From contig CAMCXO010000010.1 in the NCBI GenBank assembly GCA_945883565.1, forward strand, positions 8,019 through 72,018: a stretch of 64,000 nt of DNA, given 5' to 3'. Positions within the stretch are counted from its first letter, which is position 1. Every line of letters begins with the position of its first letter. The position numbers and the translations under genes are program-made. Of the stretch, positions 40,488-48,992 are shown piece by piece. The notes under the pieces are model-generated. The model was given only the letters and a program-made list of their open reading frames with translations. It searched no databases and was not told the origin of the DNA. The DNA is from Chryseobacterium gleum. Its GTDB lineage: Bacteria > Bacteroidota > Bacteroidia > Flavobacteriales > Schleiferiaceae.

Positions 40488-41903
40488 ATGCAACACACCT
40501 ATGCCCGCTTAAATGCCGAAAAAATAACAGAATTGAAGTCGCTTTTACCTAATTGTTGGATGAGCGATTTGCCGGAGGTTTTAGAAGACCACAGCCATGA
40601 TTACACCGAAGATCTTCGATTTTTGCCGGAAATTGTGGTGAAGCCAAAAGAAGTCGAAGAAATTTCGACCTTGTTAAAGTGGGCAAACAAGCACATAGTA
40701 CCCATCACGGCCCGAGGGGCAGGTACCGGTTTAAGTGGGGCCGCTTTGGCGGTTAAAGGCGGTATATGCTTGAGCATGGAGCATTTTAACCGCATTTTAC
40801 AAATCGATACGCAGAATTTGCAGGCTACGGCCGAACCCGGGGTTATTAATCAGGTGTTTCATGAAGCCTGTAAAGCAGAGGGCTTGTTTTATCCGCCCGA
40901 TCCATCCAGTTGGGGAAGTTCGTTTTTAGGCGGCAATCTGGCTTTAAATGCTGGAGGTCCGAAAGCGGTGAAGTATGGGGTTACCAATGCCTACGTGCTT
41001 AATTTGGAAGTGGTATTGCCAAACGGGGAGATTATATGGACAGGGGCCAACACTTTGAAAAACAGCACCGGCTACAATTTAACCCAATTGATGGTAGGTA
41101 GCGAGGGCACTTTAGGCATCATAACCAAGGCGGTTTTTAGGTTAATACCCTACCCTAAGCACAAAATGCTTATGCTGGCAGCGTTTCCCTCGGCCAAGAA
41201 AGCCTGTGAGTGTGTTTCGGCCATTTTTAGAGCCGGCATAACCCCCAGTGCTATGGAGTTTATGGAGCGCGATGCCATTGTGTACACCTTAAAGTTTGTT
41301 CCAGAGGCACCTATTCCTTTAAAACCAAACACAGAGGCCCATTTGTTGGTAGAAGTAGATGGAAATGCCACCGAAGTTTTAATGGCCGATTGCGAACAAA
41401 TTCATAGCATTTTAGAAGCTTTTGGGGCCGACGAGGTGCTGTTTGCCGAAAGCGAAAAAGACCAACAGCTGCTTTGGAAGCTTCGCAGAAGAGTGGGTGA
41501 GGCCGTTAAATCGCATTCTATTTATAAGGAGGAGGATACCGTGGTGCCCCGTGCCTTTTTACCTGAATTGTTGGAAGGAGTGAAGGAAATTGGCCGTCGT
41601 TATGGTTTTGAAAGTGTGTGCTATGGGCATGCCGGCGATGGAAACTTGCATGTTAACATCTTAAAAGGAGAAATGAGTGAGCACGACTGGCAAGTAAAAC
41701 TGCCTGAAGGCATTCGCGAGATATTTCATTTGTGCAAAAAGTTAGGGGGCACCATAAGTGGCGAACATGGAATAGGTTGGGTGCAAAAAGACTATATGGA
41801 CATAGCGTTTTCGCCGGCTGCATTAAACATACAAATGGCCATAAAAAACACCTTCGATCCAAATGGAATTTTGAATCCCGGTAAGATGTTTCCGGCCACT
41901 TGA
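40488..41903 (+). CDS. FAD-binding oxidoreductase (GlcD / D-lactate dehydrogenase-like, FAD-linked oxidase)
   Basis: 471 aa. PCMH-type FAD-binding domain with ARGAGTGLSGAA; C-terminal FAD-oxidase domain. Confidence 0.85.
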   Translation: MQHTYARLNAEKITELKSLLPNCWMSDLPEVLEDHSHDYTEDLRFLPEIVVKPKEVEEISTLLKWANKHIVPITARGAGTGLSGAALAVKGGICLSMEHFNRILQIDTQNLQATAEPGVINQVFHEACKAEGLFYPPDPSSWGSSFLGGNLALNAGGPKAVKYGVTNAYVLNLEVVLPNGEIIWTGANTLKNSTGYNLTQLMVGSEGTLGIITKAVFRLIPYPKHKMLMLAAFPSAKKACECVSAIFRAGITPSAMEFMERDAIVYTLKFVPEAPIPLKPNTEAHLLVEVDGNATEVLMADCEQIHSILEAFGADEVLFAESEKDQQLLWKLRRRVGEAVKSHSIYKEEDTVVPRAFLPELLEGVKEIGRRYGFESVCYGHAGDGNLHVNILKGEMSEHDWQVKLPEGIREIFHLCKKLGGTISGEHGIGWVQKDYMDIAFSPAALNIQMAIKNTFDPNGILNPGKMFPAT

Positions 41904-41997
41904 TGAACTTTTTCATATAAGCTTAAAAACTAGAGTGGCCGTTATGGGGAAGACTCTATATTTGCCAACTCACAAAATTTTCGGAGTTAATACGTAA

Positions 41998-44900
41998 GTG
42001 ATGCAGAATAAGGGAGTTATATGGCTTTTCGCCATAGTGTTCGCGCTGGCATGTATATTTCAATTGTCGTATACCTGGGTAACCCGTTCGGTAGAAAAGG
42101 ATGCGAAAGCGTACGCCCAAGGCGATGTGGCCAAAGAAAAGGCCTATCTCGACAGCATGTCGAACCAAGTGGTTTATAATATTTTAATCGACAAGCTGAG
42201 CTATGCCGATGTAAAAGAAAAGGAAATCAATTTGGGGCTCGACTTGCGCGGGGGGATGAACGTTATCTTGGAAGTTTCGGTTAAAGACATTTTGCGTTCT
42301 TTGGCCGGGAATTCCAATAATCCGGTTTTCACCCAAGCGCTTAGCAATACCGATAAAGCCCAAGGCAACAGCCAAAACGATTACTTAACCACTTTTTTTG
42401 AAGAATTTGGCAAGCTTAATTCGCAAGGCTTGAAATTAAGCGACCCGGCTTTGTTTGGCACCAAAGCCATGAACGATGTGGTGGGCTTTAATGCAAGCGA
42501 TGAAGCGGTTAAAGAGGAGCTGGTAAAGCAAGTAGAGGCTTCTGTTAGCAATGTGTACACCGTACTTCGCGCCCGTATAGACCAGTTCGGAGTGGTTCAG
42601 CCCAATATACAGCGCTTGGAAAACAGTGGTCGTATATTAATTGAATTGCCGGGGGTTAAAGATCCTGATAGGGTTAAAAAGCTGTTGCAAAGCACGGCTC
42701 AGCTCGAGTTTTGGAAACTTTACGAGGGTTACGAAATGCTTGGCTTTTTTAACGATGCCAATGAGAAACTCAAAACCATTGTTCCGCGCAAAACACCAAT
42801 ACAAGAAGAGGACAGCTTAGTTAATGAGGCTCCCCAACTGGATGTAGAGCCGGTGGCGGTAGAAAATGACGTGGATTCCAATGGCGTTGCTTTGAATTCA
42901 GACAGTACAGCAGTTTCGGGCGACAGTTCGCTTGCCACCGATGCCGATTCCACGGCTTTGAAGGCAGGCGATGACCACAATCCTCTTTTCGAGGTGTTTT
43001 TGCCAAACTACGATTTTGAAGCCAACCGTCCGGGCGAAGGCGCTTTGTTAGGATACGCTTTGGTGAAAGACACCAATAAGGTAAACAGCTATTTGCGTAT
43101 GGCGCAGATAAAGGCTTTGTTGAGCGGAAACGCCCGTTTCGCAAAGTTTTTATGGACCGCAAAACCCGATGAAAGGGGATTACTGTATTTATTAGCCATT
43201 AAAGGCAATCGCGATAACACACCCGATTTAGGAGGAGATGTGGTGGTAGATGCCTCTCAGGATTTTGACGAAAACAACCGTTCCATTGTACGCATGCAGA
43301 TGAATGCCATTGGCGCTCAAAAATGGCAGACCATTACCCGTGAAGCCGCTCAGGAAAACCCTAAGCGCAGTGTGGCGGTGGTATTAGATGGTTATGTGTA
43401 TTCATTTCCACAGGTACAAGGCGAGATTTCGGGCGGAAATACCCAAATTTCGGGCAATTTTAGCATAGAGGAGGCTCAAGATTTGGCCAATATTTTGAAA
43501 GCCGGCAAAATGCCTGCGCCGGCACGCATTATTCAAGCCGATATAGTGGGGCCTTCGTTGGGTAAAGAGGCCATTCAAGCTGGAATGTACTCCTTTATAG
43601 TGGCCATGATGGTGGTATTGCTCTATATGTTTATGTACTACGGTCAAGCTGGTTTGGTAGCAAATATTGCCTTGGTGGTAAACATCTTCTTCATTTTTGG
43701 GGTGTTGGCTTCATTGGGTGCCGTGCTTACCCTTCCGGGTATGGCCGGTATAGTGCTTACCATAGGCATGGCGGTTGACGCCAATGTGTTGATTTTTGAA
43801 CGCATACGCGAAGAAGTAAGGCAGGGCAAAGGATTGCGTCTGGCCATTTCAGATGGTTATCGACACGCACTCAGTTCAATAACCGATGCCAACGTAACCA
43901 CTTTGTTAACGGCCATTATTTTATACGCATTTGGAACCGGACCTATTAGAGGTTTTGCGACTACTTTGATAATAGGAATTCTCACCTCTCTTTTCTCAGC
44001 TCTATTTATCACCAGATTGGTCTTTGAGGCCTTGTTGGATAAGAAAAAGAACGTTTCGTTTTCAACCAAGTTTACCGAAAATTGGTTCAAGAATGTAAAC
44101 ATCGACTTTTTGGCTAAGCGCAAAATGGCTTATACCATTTCTTCTGTGGTTATATTAATTGGCATAGTGTCTCTGTTTACCAGAGGTTTGAACTACGGGG
44201 TCGATTTTGTGGGTGGACGTACCTATCAGGTTCGTTTTGACCAGCCCGTAAATACTCAGGATTTGCGCAACAATTTGGGCAATTTGTTTATAAATGAAGC
44301 AGGCAATTCTGTGGCTCCCGAAGTTAAAACCATAGGCAGCGCCAATCAGGTGGTTATTACATCGAAGTTCAAGATTGATGAAACCGGAATCGAAGTAGAA
44401 GAAGAAATCAAAGATTTGCTTTACCAAGGCTGTAACGATTTCTTTGCCGAAAAGCTTTCTAAAGAAGCGTTTTTAGCTGACAACCAAATTGGCTTGCTGT
44501 CTGAACGTCAGGTAGGACCAACCATAGCCGACGACATTAAGAAATCGGCCGTATGGGCAGTGGTATTTTCGCTCATCGTCATATTCCTCTATCTCCTTAT
44601 CCGTTTCAGCCGTTGGCAGTTTAGTTTGGGGGCTGTAGTGGCCACCACACACGACGTCTTGGTGGTTTTGGCTTTGTTTTCTTTAGGATATGGCTTCTTG
44701 CCTTTTAGCCTCGAAATTGACCAAGCTTTTATAGCGGCCATTCTCACCGTAATAGGTTATTCACTTAACGACACTGTGGTGGTGTTCGACCGCATTCGTG
44801 AGTATTTTCAAACCCATACGAAACGGAAAGACCTAAAGCCCTTGGTTAACGATGCTTTAAATCAAACCTTAAGCCGTACTCTGAATACCTCGTTTACCAC

Positions 44901-45069
44901 GCTTATAGTTATCGTCATTATTTTCATTTGGGGAGGCGACAGCATTAGAGGCTTCATGTTCGCTCTGTTGGTGGGCATATTGGTAGGTACTTATTCTTCT
45001 CTTTTTGTGGCAGCACCTGTAATGGTCGATACGCTTAAAGACAAAAAGTCTAAACCCGATAGCGAATAA
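41998..45069 (+). CDS. secDF: protein translocase subunit SecDF (fused)
   Basis: 1023 aa. Two 6-TM RND-like modules, each with a large periplasmic loop; typical Bacteroidota SecD-SecF fusion. Confidence 0.93.
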   Translation: MMQNKGVIWLFAIVFALACIFQLSYTWVTRSVEKDAKAYAQGDVAKEKAYLDSMSNQVVYNILIDKLSYADVKEKEINLGLDLRGGMNVILEVSVKDILRSLAGNSNNPVFTQALSNTDKAQGNSQNDYLTTFFEEFGKLNSQGLKLSDPALFGTKAMNDVVGFNASDEAVKEELVKQVEASVSNVYTVLRARIDQFGVVQPNIQRLENSGRILIELPGVKDPDRVKKLLQSTAQLEFWKLYEGYEMLGFFNDANEKLKTIVPRKTPIQEEDSLVNEAPQLDVEPVAVENDVDSNGVALNSDSTAVSGDSSLATDADSTALKAGDDHNPLFEVFLPNYDFEANRPGEGALLGYALVKDTNKVNSYLRMAQIKALLSGNARFAKFLWTAKPDERGLLYLLAIKGNRDNTPDLGGDVVVDASQDFDENNRSIVRMQMNAIGAQKWQTITREAAQENPKRSVAVVLDGYVYSFPQVQGEISGGNTQISGNFSIEEAQDLANILKAGKMPAPARIIQADIVGPSLGKEAIQAGMYSFIVAMMVVLLYMFMYYGQAGLVANIALVVNIFFIFGVLASLGAVLTLPGMAGIVLTIGMAVDANVLIFERIREEVRQGKGLRLAISDGYRHALSSITDANVTTLLTAIILYAFGTGPIRGFATTLIIGILTSLFSALFITRLVFEALLDKKKNVSFSTKFTENWFKNVNIDFLAKRKMAYTISSVVILIGIVSLFTRGLNYGVDFVGGRTYQVRFDQPVNTQDLRNNLGNLFINEAGNSVAPEVKTIGSANQVVITSKFKIDETGIEVEEEIKDLLYQGCNDFFAEKLSKEAFLADNQIGLLSERQVGPTIADDIKKSAVWAVVFSLIVIFLYLLIRFSRWQFSLGAVVATTHDVLVVLALFSLGYGFLPFSLEIDQAFIAAILTVIGYSLNDTVVVFDRIREYFQTHTKRKDLKPLVNDALNQTLSRTLNTSFTTLIVIVIIFIWGGDSIRGFMFALLVGILVGTYSSLFVAAPVMVDTLKDKKSKPDSE

Positions 45070-45091
45070 AAAATTGGGCTCTTTTTTAACG

Positions 45092-45121
45092 AAACCGTCT
45101 CCTAAAAGAGACGGTTTTTTT
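45092..45121 (+). terminator. rho-independent terminator after secDF
   Basis: AAACCGTCTCctaaaaGAGACGGTTT hairpin followed by a T-run. Confidence 0.8.
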
Positions 45122-45410
45122 GTTTTATAGGTCTTTTCCACCAAAAGCAAAAAAGCAATCTTCCATATTTTAAGTCTAATAGGCTCTATAACTTTCTAAT
45201 TTGTACTCTATTTTGGTCGCTACAAAGACCTTATTAGATTCCAATATTGGCCTAGAAGGCACCAACGGTGGGCTATTGTAAGTACGCATGTAACCTTGAT
45301 TTTCTAAAGTTATCAAAGTGCGCACTTTTGACCATTTCGATTTAAGCCAGTGCGCAATATTTTATTCTTTAACATAAGAACCAGAAACTAAAATTATCGT
45401 TCTTTAGAGT

Positions 45411-46526
45411 ATGAGAACAGCCCATTCTGGTTTTAGGTTTACTAAGTTTAGTGGTAAACCTAAAACCCTGTTTGAAGAGCTCTTAGAGCTTTTTAGAGAA
45501 TTATTGCTGCACACATCGGGCGATGTAGATGAAGCTATTTCATGGTTACGTGAAATAGACGCCGAACACAAAATAAGCAAGCCCGATTACACCATCGACG
45601 ATTTTATTGAAGAACTAAAGCGAAAAGGCTGGTTGAGGGAAGAAATTAAAGCCAACGGGCAATTGGGAAGTGTGCCCAGTGCCAAAATGGAGCAGTTTAT
45701 AAGGCAATCCGCACTTGAACAAGTGTTCGGAACGCTCAAGCGAAGCAGCAACAGTGGCAACCACAACACCCGAAAATTAGGTTCAGGCGATGAACCCCTC
45801 GACGCTTTACGTCCCTATGAGTTTGGCGATGCCTTTGAACAGGTCTCTATGACCGATAGCTTAAGAAATGCCTTGATTAGGAATGGCATGGAAGACTTCA
45901 ATTTAGAAGAGAGCGATTTGTTGGTGAATGAAAAAATTTTCAAAGCCCAAATGGCAACCGTCTTGATGATCGACCTTTCGCATTCTATGATTCTTTATGG
46001 TGAAGACCGCATTACCCCGGCCAAACGGGTGGCTTTAGCTCTGGCCGAACTTATAAAAACACGCTATCCCAAAGATACCCTCGACATAATAGCCTTTGGA
46101 AACGATGCCTGGCCAATAGAACTGGCCGACTTGCCATATTTGCAAGTAGGTCCATATCACACAAATACAGTTGCAGGTCTCGATTTGGCTGCCGAAATTT
46201 TGCGTAAAAAGCGGCACCCCAACAAACAAATCTTTATGATTACCGATGGCAAACCGTCTTGCTTACGCGAAGCGGATGGAAGCTATTATCAAAACAGTGT
46301 GGGCTTAGACGATTATATAGTGGGCAAATGTTTGAATAGAGCAGCAGCCTTGCGCAAAGCCAATATTCCGGTTACCACATTTATGATTGCCAGCGACCCT
46401 TGGTTGCAAAAATTTGTGGCCGATTTTACCTCTGCCAATAAAGGAAAAGCCTTTTATACTGGCCTAAAAGGTCTAGGAGAGGTGGTGTTTCAAGATTATG
46501 AGAAAAACAGAAGAAAAAAACTTTAA
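45411..46526 (+). CDS. VWA (von Willebrand factor A) domain protein
   Basis: 371 aa. C-terminal VWA with MIDAS-like DxSxS (MIDLSHSM), ...IIAFG..., FMITDGKPS. N-terminal ~180 aa of unknown function. Confidence 0.8.
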   Translation: MRTAHSGFRFTKFSGKPKTLFEELLELFRELLLHTSGDVDEAISWLREIDAEHKISKPDYTIDDFIEELKRKGWLREEIKANGQLGSVPSAKMEQFIRQSALEQVFGTLKRSSNSGNHNTRKLGSGDEPLDALRPYEFGDAFEQVSMTDSLRNALIRNGMEDFNLEESDLLVNEKIFKAQMATVLMIDLSHSMILYGEDRITPAKRVALALAELIKTRYPKDTLDIIAFGNDAWPIELADLPYLQVGPYHTNTVAGLDLAAEILRKKRHPNKQIFMITDGKPSCLREADGSYYQNSVGLDDYIVGKCLNRAAALRKANIPVTTFMIASDPWLQKFVADFTSANKGKAFYTGLKGLGEVVFQDYEKNRRKKL

Positions 46527-48013
46527 TGGGTACAACCATCAATAAACCACAGATTTCAACTTTAGGAGAGCTTAGAGCACAGGGCTATCAGCCGAAATCC
46601 ATTCGCGAAGAACTCAGAGACAATTTGCTTCTGTTTTTGGCGAAAGGCGAAAACGTGTTTAAAGGCATTTATGGATACGAACACAGCGTAATTCCAGATC
46701 TGGAAAGGGCCATTTTGTCTAGGCACCACATTAATCTGCTGGGTTTACGCGGACAAGCAAAAACGCGATTGGCTCGTCAAATGGTGGATTTGCTAGACCC
46801 ATGGATTCCGTTTTTACCGGTTACCGATCTAAACGAAGATCCTCTGTCACCTATAAGTGGTTTGGCCAAGGCTTATGTAGAAGAAATGGGCGATAAGGCC
46901 GAAGTAAGATGGCTTCACCGCAGCGAGCGCTATTTTGAGAAGCTGGCCACTCCCGATGTAAGTGTAGCCGACCTTATTGGCGATTTAGATCCAATTAAGG
47001 CGGCAAATCTTAAAATTCCCTATTCGGATGTAAGGGCCATTCATTTTGGTATGATTCCACGGGCCAACCGCAGCCTATTTGTCATAAACGAGCTGCCCGA
47101 TTTGCAGGCCAGAATACAAGTGGCCCTATTTAATATTTTACAAGAAGGCGATATTCAAATTAGGGGGTTCAATTTGCGCTTGCCTATCGACATTCAATTT
47201 GTGTTTACGGCCAATCCGGAAGACTATACCAACCGTGGTTCTATTGTAACCCCATTGAAAGACCGAATTGGCTCCCAAATAATTACCCACTATCCGCCCG
47301 ATATTCAAACAGCCTCGCAGATTACCGCCCAAGAGGCCCGTTTAACAAACAGCCAAAAATCGAAAATAGAATTGCCCGGCTTGGCAGGCGAGCTCTTAGA
47401 ACAAATTGGCTTTGAGGCACGAAAAAGCGAGTTGGTGGATTCTAAAAGTGGGGTGAGCGCCCGTTTAAGTGTAAGCGCATTTGAAAACCTTTACAGCACA
47501 GCCGAAAGACGTTTGGTGAAGAATGGAGAAAAACAAACCACTATTCGTTTAAGCGATTTTATGGGCACATTGCCAAGTATTGTAGGCAAGGTAGAATTGG
47601 TATATGAGGGTGAACAAGAAGGGGCGGCTGGTGTAGCAGAAGCCCTGTTAGGCGCAGCCATCAAAGCTTTGGTGGCCAAATACCTGCCAAGCATGGAAAA
47701 ATTAAAAAACACCTCGGTTAACCATCCTTATCATGGCATATTGAACTGGTTTTCGGAAGGAAATGAAATCAATTTGGCTTTTGATGCCTCAAACACCCAA
47801 TACGAGAACGCATTTAAAACCTGCAAGCCTCTGCTCGATTTTATCAAAAACCTAAAAAATCAGAGCTTTAGCGATCATAAGTTCTTTATTATGGAGCTCG
47901 TGCTCTGGGCTTTATCAGAACACGCTAAACTGAATAGAGACAAACTTATCGACGGATTTCAATTTGGCGATCTCTTTGGCGCTTACTTACAAGGCTTAGG
48001 CAAAGAAGATTAA
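46526..48013 (+). CDS. ChlI/BchI-like AAA+ family protein with non-canonical Walker motifs
   Basis: 495 aa. YGYEHSVIPDLERAILSRHHINLLGLRGQAKTRLAR resembles the Mg-chelatase subunit I N-terminus. Putative Walker A is GLRGQAKT. Putative Walker B is LFVINELPDL, with Asn replacing Asp. Start overlaps the VWA stop (TAATG). Confidence 0.6.
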   Translation: MGTTINKPQISTLGELRAQGYQPKSIREELRDNLLLFLAKGENVFKGIYGYEHSVIPDLERAILSRHHINLLGLRGQAKTRLARQMVDLLDPWIPFLPVTDLNEDPLSPISGLAKAYVEEMGDKAEVRWLHRSERYFEKLATPDVSVADLIGDLDPIKAANLKIPYSDVRAIHFGMIPRANRSLFVINELPDLQARIQVALFNILQEGDIQIRGFNLRLPIDIQFVFTANPEDYTNRGSIVTPLKDRIGSQIITHYPPDIQTASQITAQEARLTNSQKSKIELPGLAGELLEQIGFEARKSELVDSKSGVSARLSVSAFENLYSTAERRLVKNGEKQTTIRLSDFMGTLPSIVGKVELVYEGEQEGAAGVAEALLGAAIKALVAKYLPSMEKLKNTSVNHPYHGILNWFSEGNEINLAFDASNTQYENAFKTCKPLLDFIKNLKNQSFSDHKFFIMELVLWALSEHAKLNRDKLIDGFQFGDLFGAYLQGLGKED

Positions 48014-48032
48014 ATGGTGGATATTTTGGTGG

Positions 48033-48830
48033 TCATCCATTTACCGTGTTGACCACCACATACACAATGCCCCCCATGATAATCATGAAATAAGTGAAAA
48101 TAGAAAGGGCCAAAGACAAAATGGCCTTTATAAATTTCCTGCTCCATTTGCCGTTAAACAAACTGTGGTAAACCCAAATGGCGTACGCAAAGTAGGCCAA
48201 TGTGTAAACCGTTGCCCAAACACCGGGGTTTCCGGGAAGAAACAGGGTAATAAAAAACACCACATAGCTGTGAACGAAAACGTAGGTGTTTATAACGGTA
48301 TGTTCTATAAAATTGAATCCACTTTTTCGAAAAAATAAAAAAGAAAAAAGCGCATTGGTCACTATGGTAATAATAGACCAAACGTTTTGGTATTGAATAA
48401 AATAATTGTTGTAGGCATCCTTAAAAGCCTGCATCACTTTTTCACCCTCTATTTTCTTTTCGTTTCCCTCTCCATCCTCTACATTGCCTTCTATTTTTAT
48501 GGCCTCATCAAAATCAATGAGGTTTTGAAAATAGCCGGTCGCGTTTGCCGCGTAAAGGGCTAAACCAACAATAAGCAAAAAGTATTTTACCGGACTGGTA
48601 ATCAAATCGCGCTCTAGGCCTAAATAGGCTTTAATGATATGAGCGGGTTGGTAACTTAAGCCAACAAAGGTTCGAACAAAGCCTTTGTTAATGTTGAATG
48701 CCTCGCTCACTTCGGCAGCCAGGTTCGGAATCGATAGTCTTCTGATGTTGCGGTGCCGAACTACTTCTACTTGATTGTTTGTCCATAACTCAAGCAATGG
48801 GTCGGTTTTCTCCAAATTCTCTTTTAACAT
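48033..48830 (-). CDS. hypothetical membrane protein
   Basis: 265 aa. Several TM helices; Glu/Lys-rich loop. No recognisable family. Confidence 0.5.
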   Translation of the reverse strand: MLKENLEKTDPLLELWTNNQVEVVRHRNIRRLSIPNLAAEVSEAFNINKGFVRTFVGLSYQPAHIIKAYLGLERDLITSPVKYFLLIVGLALYAANATGYFQNLIDFDEAIKIEGNVEDGEGNEKKIEGEKVMQAFKDAYNNYFIQYQNVWSIITIVTNALFSFLFFRKSGFNFIEHTVINTYVFVHSYVVFFITLFLPGNPGVWATVYTLAYFAYAIWVYHSLFNGKWSRKFIKAILSLALSIFTYFMIIMGGIVYVVVNTVNG

Positions 48831-48887
48831 CGTTTAGGCTAAAATTTGTTGCCGAATGTATAAAAACGTCTTTCATAAAACTTCGGC

Positions 48888-48918
48888 ATCACGGAAAACC
48901 GTGATTTACAAAATCACA
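48888..48918. promoter_or_regulatory. candidate operator: perfect inverted repeat ATCACGGaaaaCCGTGAT plus a third half-site ATCACA 7 nt downstream
   Basis: Seen directly in the divergent intergenic region between the 48033-48830 (-) gene and the 48993 (+) T9SS gene. Confidence 0.35.
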
Positions 48919-48992
48919 GAATAAAGGGACTTTGATGTTGCAGAAACCCATGACTTTCGTCTACATCAACATCACCCTAAATTCCAATCGCC

